Assembly: GCF_001194135.2 (NCBI RefSeq)
Contig: NC_068982.1
Location: forward strand, 142,457,651-142,521,650
DNA length: 64,000 nt
Direction: 5' to 3'
DNA from: Octopus bimaculoides
Lineage: Eukaryota
The notes beneath the pieces were generated by a model, which was not told where the DNA came from, did no database searches, and saw only the letters and a list, made by a program, of their open reading frames with translations. Within the stretch, counting starts at the first letter, position 1. The number at the start of each line of letters is the position of its first letter. The position numbers and the translations under genes are program-made. Positions 1 through 11,950 of the stretch are shown piece by piece.

Positions 1-48
<48 letters not shown>

Positions 49-52
49 TGAG
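1..52. repeat. (TG)n microsatellite
   Basis: Direct reading of the sequence. Confidence 0.98.
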
Positions 53-300
53 TGTGATTTCGGTGTGAAGGTTTTTTTCATACGGTGCCGTGTTTTACAA
101 TCCTGTAAATGATAATAATGATATTTCTATACAATCTTAAAGCTTACGGCGATCACCGTGCAATGACTAAAGAAAATAGTCTAATAAAGGGACATATAAG
201 CCCGCGGCAACAAAAGAAGGGATTCCTATCCGGGTCGAACACGATCCCACATCCCTTTGTTAACGTGATTAAGTGTGTTATGCCACTGTTCCTTTGTTTA

Positions 301-452
301 TGTCACCATAAGTTACTGGTTCGGCAAAAGAATGTAATAGAATAAATAGCTGACTTAGAAATATATACTGGACTCGATGTATTCTACTAATCCTTCAAAG
401 ATAGTGCTCCAGTATGACCGTAGTCTAATGGCTGAAACAAATAAAAAAAAAA
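301..452 (+). mobile_element. SINE family A, 3' fragment (old)
   Basis: ggttcggcaaaag...agtgctccagtatgaccgtagtctaatggctgaaacaaataaaa matches the 3' half of the copies at 48540-48755 and 57590-57735. Confidence 0.75.
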
Positions 453-484
453 TGACAGGCAGAAGAATAATTCAATGCAGCATA

Positions 485-920
485 GCTGCTTGGTAACGAG
501 GACTGCTTTGAGACAAAAAGGTAGCAGATTCGTTGATTTCAATCGGGTAACAATATTTCGAGCGGTTATGTTTGTCAGAATGTGATGTCTTTTAAAGTCT
601 CCGGATATATCCAACCGAGAAAGTGCATTAAGTGTTCGTTCTGATATATTGTGAAATAAAATTACACTGGTGCAGCAGTATACGTCAATCAGTGAAGCAG
701 AAACAAGATGTCAAACGATCATGGAGAATGACAGTACCATTCCAAGAAAATTAGGGATGGTATACGTCGAGAATTCAAGAATAATGTCAAAAAAGTACAA
801 ACATTAGCTGTTTTTCTCTTCTTCACGCGAGAAAAATTTGGTATGAGATACAGATGTTTCAAACTGAAGCGTTCGTCAGAATGTTTTCTAAGGCCTCTGA
901 ATAGATCGGTTGGGATAGAA
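485..920 (+). mobile_element. Possible very decayed RTE-type LINE AP-endonuclease relic
   Basis: Manual translation gives KITLVQQYTSISEAE, resembling the RTE motif ITIIQVYAPTS, and EKFG further on. Many stops and frameshifts, so the match is weak. Confidence 0.3.
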
Positions 921-1605
921 TGAAGATTAGAAGAATGAAACTTGTTCTTTTTCTTTCTTTTCTCTATCTCTCGATTATTTATCTGTATGTTCGATACCAT
1001 CAGAGATCAGGGAAGCCACGCTGTTATCAAATGTACTATGCGAACCGTTAGATGTTTCGGCCTTCTCACTGTAATGTAATTGTTCTCAGTTTCTGACTAC
1101 CGATAATCATAAAGTGCGGCGTTCTGTGACTATCACATTGTAATTGCGCCATTCTATCCAGCCTTTATGGAATTCTACTGTTGTTTTTGTAGTTGCTGTT
1201 GTTATTGGTAACCTCCATGCTATTTCCAATAACAAATACATTGGATCAAAGACACTCCAGTCACGATCAAAAGGATATTTTCTTGGATTAAGCTACTTAT
1301 TGCATAATTCTTTAATGCGGTTTTCGCAGGTCACGTATTCAAATACGAGCTGCCACACTAATTAGAGCTGTATTAGGTGTCACAGTTAGACAATATTCGC
1401 GTTATAATCAAATATATGGGACACGCTTTTACGTATCTACTCTCTATGAAAAATTCACCCCTCAAAGACATTTTCATTCACGGTTGGTGAGGTTTCAAAC
1501 ATCTAAGTAAATAAGAGTGGGTATGAGAGAACAGATATGAATGAAGTAAAATTCGAACATTTATTTATAACACATCGTACAACAAAATTCCTAGATGAAA
1601 TAGTC

Positions 1606-1975
1606 ATGGCTGTGAGGTTAAGAAGCTTTCTTTTCAATCACGTAGTTGCGGGTTCAGTCGCACTGTATGGAAACATAGGCAAGTGTGTTCTATTATAGGT
1701 CCTGACCAACCAATTCATTGTGAGTGAAGTAGTCAAATAGGAACCTTCGTGCGTATATCTATGCATGTGTGTTTTTGTGTTTGTCCACCCACAGCTTGCT
1801 AACAGGTGTTGCTTTCTTTTCGTCCCCGTGTTAAAGCGGTTCGTCAAAAGAATGATTGAATGGGCGCCAGATTTAAATACTGCCATCGATTTGTTCGACT
1901 TAATCCTTTAAGGCAGTTCCTCATCATGACCGCAGCCGACTTATTAAGACAAGTGACAAATAACAGATAAATAAA
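1606..1975 (+). mobile_element. SINE family A, near full length, diverged
   Basis: Head tggctgtgaggttaagaagc...gcgggttcagtc (A/B-box-like), ggcaagtgt core and 3' gcggttcgtcaaaaga...ttgttcgact; colinear with 57257-57735. Confidence 0.8.
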
Positions 1976-2224
1976 GAAATCCTGTATATAGTATACTACA
2001 TTTATTTGCATCAATGAAGTACAATTTGATTAACAACTGAACTCCTCGTTAAATGAATTAGTGTGTATGCGGTTGAGTATAGTACATACACCTGTGCCCT
2101 TGGTGTAACTGACATCACTGTGCCACACTCAGACATGGTGTGTAGTGCGATTACTAGGTAAACTCAATTTCAAGGACTTCGATACAGTTTCCTTGAACCG
2201 AGTCTTATTCATAAGGTTTAGGTC

Positions 2225-2322
2225 AACACAAGGCTACAATAAAAACACTTGCTTAAGATGGCAGTGAGATTGAACTGGTGCATTCATAATTACGAAGTTA
2301 ACTCAGTAACCATACGACCATA
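2225..2322 (-). mobile_element. Degenerate SINE family A head
   Basis: Reverse complement reads tggtcgtatggtta...cagttcaatctcactg...ttaagcaagtgtttttatt. Confidence 0.45.
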
Positions 2323-3394
2323 TTGCGTACAAAACACGCAAATAAGTGCAACATTTTATAATGTAACGAGAAGTTTTCAAGATATTGCGCCATCTACCAT
2401 CTGTGGTGTTCAAAATTTCTTAAAAGGTCAATTTACATTTTATTTCCTATTTCAGTATTTATAATTAAATTTTCTCAATAAATATAATTACATTTTTTTT
2501 CGTATATCTAATAAAATTTTGTTTCACACAGTTTCAAATTCCTGACATTTATATGTCTTGTTTATTGATCTCATTTTAAAAATTCAAATTTCGTTATAGC
2601 TACTTTGTCTGTTCACATATGGTTACTACATTTTGGTTTGTGTATATGTTCAACGTACTTTTAAAATTTTGCAAATGGTTTTACCAAATGAAAAAGGGGA
2701 CAGCCAATGATGAATTTCTGACATCCGTTACATGTTTGAGATATATATATATATATATTTGTTTGTAGGCTGAACCCATGACCTGTAACCTTAGGTCAGT
2801 TTAAGACCTACTAAAAACGCTCAATGGCTAAGTTACGGCGTTAATCCTAGGGTCGAACTTAAACTATTATACAAGAATATTTACCTGTCTTCAGATATCT
2901 TTCTCAAAATGTTATCTACTAAATATTACTGAAATCACTTTAACCGACATAGATCAGTAATAGAAGGCCTTTGCTAATGTGCTGCACTATTGGAGCAAAT
3001 CACACTCAAACGACTCATATAATAAATAAATATAAATAATTTCTTTTAACAACACAGCGAGGCTTTCGTGTTGTTTGGTTAGTTAGTGTAAGCTTGAGTA
3101 TTTGAATGTATGTTGTAGTTGCTGGTTGTATCCAAGCACTATTTGTAAATGATTGGTTTGACACATGGAAACGTTGCTTCTATATTTCAGCGATACAATT
3201 ACTTAAAAGGAAATTAAAATTTAAGATTTTGGATTAATATTGATATTTTAATTTGAGAATTTATTTATAACTTGCCAGGGGAACTTATGATTACGAATGA
3301 TGCGAAGACAAAGTAGACTTAAGACTTAAATATATTCCAACTTGAAGATGCCATTTTTTTTTTATTTGTCAGGGACTAAATTATTAAGTTAAAC

Positions 3395-3870
3395 AATAAC
3401 AACAGCAACAACAACATTAAACAACTGCAACCACCACCAAGAAAAACAACAACAACAGCAATTACACAACCAACAACAATAACAACAACAGTAACAACCA
3501 CAGCAACATTATAGACAATGATAACAACATCACCACTAACAACATTACCAACAACATCATCAACACCACTATCATCACTATCAACAACATTCAACAACAG
3601 CATCGCCGTTAGCAAAATTTAAAAAAATAAACAATAGCGATGACGGCAGCCTTAACAAATGTACGAACGTCACCAACATTATTAACAGCAGTAGCGGCAG
3701 CAACACGAACAATGACAGCAGCACTAACACCACCACCTCTATCATCACCAATAACAACAACGACAGCTGCACTCGTAGCACCTCCACCACCACTACAACC
3801 ATTACCAATAACAACAACTGCGACAGCTGCACTATTAGCGCACCGCTACCACTACCGACAACAACCAGTC
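3395..3870. repeat. Cryptic (CAA/CAC/CAG)n trinucleotide low-complexity tract
   Basis: About 470 bp of degenerate ACA/CAA/CAC triplets; explains the Thr/Val-rich spurious ORFs at 3376-3919. Confidence 0.85.
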
Positions 3871-4931
3871 TTTCTATCCGGAAATGAATAGGAAAACTAA
3901 AATCCAACGTTGACTGCATCAGAATCTGTAATCGTCAGATTTATTAAATATCTAATGAGATTTAAATTTCTTTGAAGAACCGTTTAAATAGCCTCATAGG
4001 TAAGGTGTATGCGAACAATTTGAGTTCTGCAATCATTCAGCTTTTCAATGCGAATGTAAGTGAAGGAGAAAATGTCTTCTAAATTACAGTTGTAACGGTG
4101 TAATCCGCTTCTTTTCATCTTTATTCTATGCTGTTTGTTCTGGCCAGCTAATGTATGTATATATGTTTGCTCTACATAAAAGTGATTTCTCAATCCAGCA
4201 ATCATTAAAGTATTCTATATGCTGGCTTAGATTCAACTTTAAGAAGAAAAGACGGTTGAAATTTCTTGGAAACTAATATAGCTTATTACTTATCAAATAA
4301 ATAATAGTTTTCGTTTTATATTCAACAAGATGCGTCCTGATGTGTAGATTCCAAATTTTCTACTCAGATAAGGAATTTTTAAATTACCACCACCACCACC
4401 ACCAGTTTTATAAATAAAACTAAGCACCAGAGGTCAATTTTATATTAGAAATGAAAGGAATTTTCTATTTATGACTTTGTCATTAACTTTATTGACGTAA
4501 TTAAGGAAGATTGCTTTCAAGCTACCCAAGAATGTATAGAATTTTTTTGTTCTGCCAAGTTGTTTCCCCTTAGGCTCAGATTTGAAAACCTACGTGATCA
4601 AATATGCTTTTATAATCTCCTAGAATCGATAAAATAAGTAGCACCTGCTGCTTTTTTGCTTATGTTGCTCTCGATTATGCTGTTTAACCCTAAGTTACAT
4701 CTCATCTAATAGTCTGCCCCTGACTTTCTCAACGATTTCACTAAGAAGATATCACATAAAGCAAGCTTGTTTGTTGTTCAAGGCTTTAGAAGCAGGGTGG
4801 AAGCAGAATAAGGTACTTTTTTTTTTGTCTCAGGTCAAGTTAACACATAGAAACTCCTACACTGCTACGAAGAAATATCTGTGATATGCGAAGATTCATG
4901 TAATCGAATGTTCCATTCCATCACAAACTGT

Positions 4932-4939
4932 GAACACAC

Positions 4940-4998
<59 letters not shown>
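4932..4998. repeat. (CA)n microsatellite
   Basis: Direct reading of the sequence. Confidence 0.97.
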
Positions 4999-5003
<5 letters not shown>

Positions 5004-5140
5004 CGAACAAATAGTGAGAGATTATCAATCCGGGCAAAATGCGTTATAAATTCTCTGTTGGCACGACGGGCTAACAATATTACTTAGATTAGAAAAGGAC
5101 CCCAGGTAATCTTTTGCAGAAATGACTCTGGCAAAAGCAG

Positions 5141-5650
5141 CATTACCCGTCTGATGAGGGTACACAAGGCACATGCATCACAACCGTATGTCCGAGACAT
5201 GCTGATCTCATATCAAGATCAACAGCGCATGACCTTGCAGGTGGAGTCAGGTTAGAATCTTCTTCAGGTCGAGTAACACATCCCGCTCATATCGTCCTTA
5301 GATAAAGGTTGTTTAAGGATGTTGAACGAAACACCCATGTTTGCATAGGTGAGTTATCCAAACACCAAAATCTTCCTCTCGGCACATGATCATGATGCCC
5401 CCCGCCACTACTTCTGCTCTTAATAAGAGATGCATATATCGTCTGTCACCAAATGGTATGCTCAAATGGTTAAGGTCAGACATCTGGCAAACAAATCTTT
5501 GATATTAAGTAGAATATTTGCTGTAGCCTATATTCTTATACTAAAACAAAACAATGTACATGACAACACTTCCAATGAGTTAAGATCAGAAACCATGAGA
5601 GCCAGTGCCTGGTACCGCATCAGGGCAATTATTACAATTATTATTATTGA
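5141..5650 (+). mobile_element. Unclassified non-coding interspersed element, copy 1 (lacks about 70 bp at one end; ends ...ggtaccgcatcagggca(ATT)n)
   Basis: Reverse complement of the copies at 17140, 36451 and 39791; shares cccgtctgat, gcacatgcatcacaacc, ttcttcaggtcgagta and gatcagaaaccatgagagcc. The strand label is arbitrary because polarity is unresolved. Confidence 0.88.
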
Positions 5651-5836
5651 TTTTGTTGTTTTATATATATCAAGTAGTTATATGCTGTCAACTTAATGTG
5701 ACAGTCCCAAGAAGGGAATAATATTACTGCTATTTAGCCCTAGGAAGCTGCACCGCTTCCTGTTGGCCATGACACATTTCCTCTGTCCTTATGTTTACAA
5801 GGGGGAGACAAGCACCTCCACCTAGCTAAGCCTGCA

Positions 5837-5879
5837 TCCAGAGACATGTTTCTTAGTCTTTACTCATCATCAGTCTGGA
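5837..5879 (-). ncRNA. Minimal type I hammerhead ribozyme candidate (Penelope/retrozyme type)
   Basis: Minus strand reads UCCAGA-CUGAUGA-UGAGU-AAAG-ACUAA-GAAA-CAUG-UC-UCUGGA. It has a perfect 6-bp stem I, intact CUGAUGA and GAAA cores, a palindromic ACAUGU stem III and a GUC cleavage triplet. Stem II is 4/5 paired and starts U-A instead of the usual G-C. Confidence 0.7.
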
Positions 5880-5962
5880 GTGATGGTGATGGGCAAAGAC
5901 TCAGAAACATTGTTGTTATTGTTATTATTGTTGTTGTTTCTCTTTTTGTTGTTACTGTTATA

Positions 5963-6167
5963 AAAGGCAAGACAGCAAGCTGCCAGAAAGCTTAGCGGCA
6001 TTTCGCCCGCTTCCCCCTTCTGTTCAAATTTCAATGAAGTAATTTTGCCAATCATCCTCTCGGGGTCGATGAAATGATTACCTATAGAGCACTGGCATCG
6101 AAGTAAAAGACTAGCCCCCTTCCCCAAACTTCAGGCCTTGTGTCTATAGTAGAAAGGATTATCATTA
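5963..6167 (+). mobile_element. SINE family C copy (first of three head-to-tail)
   Basis: gcttagcggcatttcg...gttcaaattt...ggggtcgat...ggccttgtgtctatagtagaaaggatt(att)n; homologous to 42095-42285. Confidence 0.8.
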
Positions 6168-6170
6168 TTA

Positions 6171-6420
6171 AGGCGGCGAGTTACTGCATGTATTATTATT
6201 GAGGCGGATTCGTTACTGCGCTGGCCAAATTACATAGAGACATTTCTTGTAGCTTTACGATTTGAACTCAAATGCTGCTGAGGCCGATTTATCTCCTTAT
6301 ACTTTCAGAGTCGATAAAGCAAGTACCAGTTAAGCATTTCGATCGATATAATCGATTAGAGCCCTTCCTTAAAATTCTAGGCCCCCTACCTATAGCACAA
6401 ATGATTATAATTATTATTAA
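6171..6420 (+). mobile_element. SINE family C copy (second)
   Basis: aaggcggcgag head, gtcgataaagcaagtaccagtt core and (ATT)n tail. Confidence 0.7.
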
Positions 6421-6454
6421 ATTATTACTGAATAATAATAAATAACGAAAACGT

Positions 6455-6675
6455 TATAGAGCTTGCAGTATTGTTAGCACGCCGAAGAAAATGGTTGGCA
6501 GCATTCCTTCCGGTCTTGTGACTTGAATTCAAATCCTGCTGAGATCGACTTTGCCTTTAATCCTTTCGTTTTCGATGAAGTAAGTACCCGTTGAAAACTG
6601 AGGTTGATGTTATCGGCTTGCTGCATCCCTAGAATTGCTGGCCTTGTGCCGAAATTTGAATTGATTATGATTATA
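6455..6675 (+). mobile_element. SINE family C copy (third)
   Basis: gttagcacgccg...gaattcaaatcc...gatcgactttgcctttaatcctttcg...ggccttgtgccg, then an (ATT)-like tail. Confidence 0.78.
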
Positions 6676-7559
6676 GACAGGATTGATCGAAATTATCGAG
6701 AGTAGGATAAAATGCCTTGGAGTATCTCGATACAACCCTTTCTCTTCTGATTTCAAATCCCCATCATCAATGGTACACAATAAATCAATATAATTGACTG
6801 CAGCCACCACTCAAAATGTGTACTACTTTGAGATGTCGTTATTATTAATGCCGTCACCCAAAATTGAAAGTGAAAATATCGGTAGATTACCGATCGATAC
6901 CTTTTTTCGCTACTGTCTTTCTATGTTTCCTTTGTAAAAACTCCACTTAAATCAACATTCAATTTTTCCTTCTAAATTCTATAGAATATTTTACTAGGAG
7001 CTATCCAAGATCGATACCATTAACCGAGCCTTTCCAATCTGGTTGCGTGATAATGTGAAATAACGTTATTAGAGTACTGCAGAATTATTAGAAAGCTTAG
7101 GGTTTTGTAGTCACTTACAGCATTTTTCCAGTTCTTAGATGCATTGCGATTCACTCGTGTTACATTTGTAATATTGGAAAAAAATATTGAAGCAGATTAA
7201 ATCGTATTATATATGTAAGTCTTTACGTATGCTACCTAATATTATACCTAAAATCTTCTTAACACTGTATCTCATAGTATAGTTCAACTAGACTGAATAT
7301 AGCGATATTATACAAGTACAACGGATTATCTCACGCGAGCGAGTATGGTTTATTAATGGGTACTATGTTTTGGCTAATTGTTTTACATTTCTGTGTAGTT
7401 ACGGGAAGACATAGACACTTCCTTGGCCCACTTTTATATGATCCAACCTTACCTCTGGAACGCTTCAGTTGCCGATTGGTACTAAAACATGAAATATAGT
7501 GACCTGTTCACGACCATTACTCAAGGCCCACTGCTCAGTCCAGGAAGTTAACCAAGGAA

Positions 7560-8380
7560 ATTACAACTGCAGATAAAACACCTTCAAGCTTAAGACTCCA
7601 CATTGCATTTCGACTATAAATAACATCTCTGTTATACTTAACACTGCATCTTAGACTTCAGTTATATCAAAAGTATAAACTATACATAAGACTGTAACTT
7701 AGGACCGCTTCTACACCTATTACCTAAACTAAGTTCTCAACAATATGTTAGAATACAGTTAAAATATCTTACCTTAGAATCTACATAATAACTAGACATA
7801 ATATTGCAGTTTTGATCTCAAAGATGCTTAAGCACTCAACTATAAGAGAGACTTAAGATCAATCTCTTATCCTCTAAAACCATAGCTCCGACTGCATGTC
7901 AGCTACAATCTTGGTTATTGAGTAAGACTATATCTCAGATCTTAACTATTGCGTAAAAAAGATCTTTGCTATCAATCAAAATTATAGCTCAGATCTTAAC
8001 TATGGATAAAGTCTTTATTTATACACTTTCAATATCATCTTAACTAATAACCTCTCGATATTAAGATGTTACCAGTAATTAAGCTTTATTATTGAAGTTA
8101 TACAACAGATCATAACTGTAGCTAAGATCTTTCTTCTATTCAATCCTGATCTGTGATCATATCCATGCTAAAAATGATATTTAAGAACTTTCTCATGCAT
8201 ACAAACTATACCTCAGATTTTTACTATAGCTAAAATCTTTGCCCTATCCCAAGACTATATCCGTACTCTTATCTACAGCAGACAGTCTTAACCATAGTTG
8301 AAATTTTGACCATACGTTAAGACATACCTCAGATCTAAGCTACAGCTATGATCATGACTATAGCTAAGAGAAGATACCGG
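7560..8380. repeat. Degenerate tandem array with about 54-bp higher-order period
   Basis: CTCAGATCTTAACTAT is exact at 7934 and 7988; variants occur at about 8104, 8212 and 8328 (spacings 54, 116, 108, 116). The part left of about 7920 is more decayed. Confidence 0.65.
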
Positions 8381-8883
8381 CCGACATTTTAATCCAGTGA
8401 AATATATCACTTTATCACCCCCAAAAAAAATTCTATTCAGAAACAAGTTTTTGATGCATTAATTGATTTGTTTTGTTTATTTATTACATCTACTGAGAGA
8501 ATTTGGATGAATTATGTATTACTAACGAGACAGCATCGATCGCAGTCTGCAGCTATGCTTCCTTTGAAAAGCAAGTTTACTATAGTCGAGGAACATTCAT
8601 TGATCTTTTATTTAATACCCCACTCCTATTATCGGACCAAATAACTCACTGAACATTTCTTTCTTAAATACAAATTATAAAGCGCACGTCTTTATTTTTG
8701 TTATTATTTTTAGTATTTTTAGAGATTACTGTCATTATTTATTAGCTGCTGAATCTATTCAAAGTCGTGTCTGTTTAATTATCTGGAGTAGAATATGTCA
8801 TAATTTATAGAAGGATATTTAACACTCATCTGAGTAGCGGAGCTTTTGTATCCTCACAACACACGTGCCGACAGATGCGCTCG

Positions 8884-8884
<1 letters not shown>

Positions 8885-8934
<50 letters not shown>

Positions 8935-8950
8935 TCACACACACACGTAC
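8885..8950. repeat. (CA)n microsatellite
   Basis: Direct reading of the sequence. Confidence 0.97.
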
Positions 8951-9351
8951 ACTCAAGCAAGCAAGCGCACAGGAACGGACGGACGGACGGACAGAGGTAC
9001 TGAAACACACGTGTATCTGTCATCCATCCTTTCATGGATACATACACATACATACAAAACATTTCCACCACGATTTATAACATAACTATTTGATGTCGCG
9101 AAATGGCTTTCACCTGATGTCATTTATTGGGCAATTGTTGTACGAATTTACAATTCTGTTCAAGGCTACTTTGTTGTTCATCTTGAAAATATTACAGCAG
9201 ACTATTTATATATTTTGAACTATGCCGACGCTTCGTGAATTCCGCAACAAGACTGCTTAATCAATTTACAGCGTATACTTCTGTACAGATTCCATCAATT
9301 GAAAATGATTTCCAACAACAAGAATAACAAACTAGTGAGAGTTGCTTCATA

Positions 9352-9354
<3 letters not shown>

Positions 9355-9406
<52 letters not shown>

Positions 9407-9421
9407 TGTGTGTCTGTGTGT
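9355..9421. repeat. (TG)n microsatellite
   Basis: Direct reading of the sequence. Confidence 0.97.
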
Positions 9422-9544
9422 GGGCGTACGAACACAAGACCGTTGTGCAATTTCTTGATAAATAAACTGCATAAATGATTTGTTTTATGGTGAGCAAATA
9501 TAAGTGTTGTAGATTAGCTCATCATTTCCATTAAATCGATGTTG

Positions 9545-9710
9545 CCTGAACAAATGAACCATACATCAGGAGGTGTCAAAGTGATTGCCGAACAGGGTAA
9601 CATGATCCGTTTCCTCAAGAGGACAACATACCACCGGTTCTGGGAATAGAGACCACGATCTCCCGATCGTTAGTGCAACAACATGTACACTACACCAAGC
9701 GCCATCGCAT
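9545..9710 (-). mobile_element. Degenerate tRNA-derived SINE head
   Basis: Reverse complement has ttggtgtagtg (A-box-like), gtggtctctattcccagaccgg-like B-box region and gttgtcctcttgag core. Confidence 0.55.
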
Positions 9711-10806
9711 ATACAAACACCCCATCCACCCCATATATATGTGTGTGTGTGTGTGTACATATACATATATACATATACATATGTATATATACGCATGCAC
9801 ATATGTATATATACCCATAAATACATTTTTATAGTTGTTTGTATATTTGTATATAGGCTCGTGTATACATACGAGCACATAGTTACAACAATTATGCCTA
9901 TAAGTTAAGCCTGTCCCATTCATAAGTCTTGGAAATGCATCCCCTTCTGAAGTCGAGCTGGCTCTAACTGACATTGGACAATTATGATACATCTGCTTGA
10001 GGTGGAGATAAATTAAAAAAATTAAGGCGATTTTTTAACATTTTTATTTTAAGGCATTTAACATAATAAAACCCAAAGTCTCTGAAAATAACCAAAAAGT
10101 TTTTTAATTACAAAAAAATTATATTAATTATTGTAATTTCAATGTCTTCCATTCTAAATTGTATTATGTTCCAAAAAGAATATATACCAGTGTGTGTATG
10201 TAAGTGTGTGTTGTGTGCATGTGTGCGTGTGTGTCGCACGCGTATCTGTACGTGTTTGTGTGTGTGCACGCGCGCTTGTCTGTGTGAGCGAGTGTGTGTT
10301 TGTGTGTGTGTCTGTGTGTGTATATATATATATAAAAGTCGCTTTCTACTGTGAATGAACACCATCCAACACATACATGTCGGGGTACATTGTTTTTATT
10401 TCCTAGTTCAAAATCATAGAGTTTACATGTTGATCATTCGGGGTGTACGTTTCTAAATTGATAATAAGGACGGTATTAACTCAGTGATAAAGTACTTATG
10501 TTTCTGTGTTTCTTAATATCTTAGCGTTCTACAAGATTACAGTATGCAAACAGTAAAAGTTGAACTGCAATTTAATAGCTCTTAGGTATTTCTCTCATGA
10601 CAAGTTTATACGATTTAGGTGATATATTTGCCACTGAAGTAATTTATTTTCATTCACTACCTATGAAAGTAAATAAATTATCTTCGAATAATAAATAATA
10701 TCGATTTGGTTATAACTGAATACAAAAATCTTTATATTTGCCCGGAAGAAAAGTTTACTCTGTGATGAACAACCTTTTCCTAAAACAGTGGCAGTATTAT
10801 TTCTAT

Positions 10807-11200
10807 GGTAGAGGCGCAATGACCCAGTGGTTACAGCAGCGGACTCGCGGTCATAGGATCGCGGTTTCGATTCCCAGACCGGGCGTTGTAAGTGTTTATT
10901 GAGCGAAAACACCTAAAGCTCCACGAGGCTCCGGCGGGGGATGGTGGTGGCGAACCCTGCCGCACTCTTTCACCACAACTTTTTCTCACTTTTACTTCCT
11001 GTTTCTGTTGTGCCTGAAATTCAAAGGGTCAGCCTTGTCACACTGTGTCACGCTGAATATCCTCGAGAACTACGTTAAGGGTACACGTGTCTGTGGAGTG
11101 CTCAGCCACTTGCACGTTAATTTCACGAGCAGGGTGTTCCGTTGATCGGATCAACTGGAACCCTCGACTTCGTAAGCGACGGAGTGCCAACAACAACAAC
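10807..11200 (+). mobile_element. SINE family B, intact full-length copy with 9-bp TSD
   Basis: A box TGACCCAGTGG (10820-10830), B box GGTTTCGATTCC (10863-10874) and (CAA)4 tail. TSD TATTTCTAT at 10798-10806 and 11201-11209. Sister copy at 38986-39333. Confidence 0.93.
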
Positions 11201-11913
11201 TATTTCTATAAAGTCAATTAGAAGACAAGTCCAAAATAGTTGCAGTCATCACATAATTTGTCTTATAATCTCAACCACTGAATAAAATATATTACTATTC
11301 ATCAAATACTAATATCAACGAAGTTGGTGGTTTTACTTTGAACAAAATACGGGTTTGTTTTCGCCAAAATATTTAATATTTCCTATCGTCAATAAGACGG
11401 GCTTTAAGTTCAAGCCATTTCTGGAAATCTTGGCTGCTCTCTTGTAAATGGAAATGACTCATCATCTGGTCGTGTCGTAGATTTCTCTACATAATATAGT
11501 GAAAACTGATCTGAGATTAGACATGAAGAAAAAACAACGGATAATTAATATAACATAATCAGTAGTTTATGGAATATACACGTTGTTACACAACAATTAT
11601 ATGCCAGCTTTATTATAGTAATACTTCTAAAAATATTTTATGAATGATGAATTATGTTGCTTGAATTTTTCTAATATTAATCTGTGTCATCTCGCCATGG
11701 TTGTAACATAAATAACACTGCCTGTGTGTACGAAAGAGTGTGTGTATTTGGAGACATAAATGTAACCCTTTTTGTGAGGCTTTCGTTTGGAAAGTCTACG
11801 AATGCATGACGGTATCCCGTCATGAAACTCGGATTAAATCTTTCAGCTAACTGAATACAAACACGCACAAACTCACAAACGCGTACACGCATGCACGCAC
11901 GCACACACGCACG

Positions 11914-11950
<37 letters not shown>

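Noticed and set aside
855-885. Minus-strand CUGACGA...GAAAC hammerhead-like string
   Set aside because: No stem I and no credible stem II.
719-1000. NLHSIPTDLFRGL...LKHLYL, resembling a leucine-rich repeat
   Set aside because: Single unit with a spacing-breaking insertion and no further repeats; the opposite strand is better explained as a LINE endonuclease relic.
1045-1075. Minus-strand gtgagaaggccgaaacatct, hammerhead-like
   Set aside because: The CUGANGA core is absent.
4817-4840. T-run + CAG|GTCAAG as a second recursive site
   Set aside because: Donor is poor at +3, +5 and +6, and no exon is evident.
5341-5356. TAG|GTGAGT
   Set aside because: Inside a repeat copy, with no pyrimidine tract.
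10810-10880. tRNA-like heads here and in other SINEs as tRNA genes
   Set aside because: No acceptor stem or complete cloverleaf; each continues into a SINE body.
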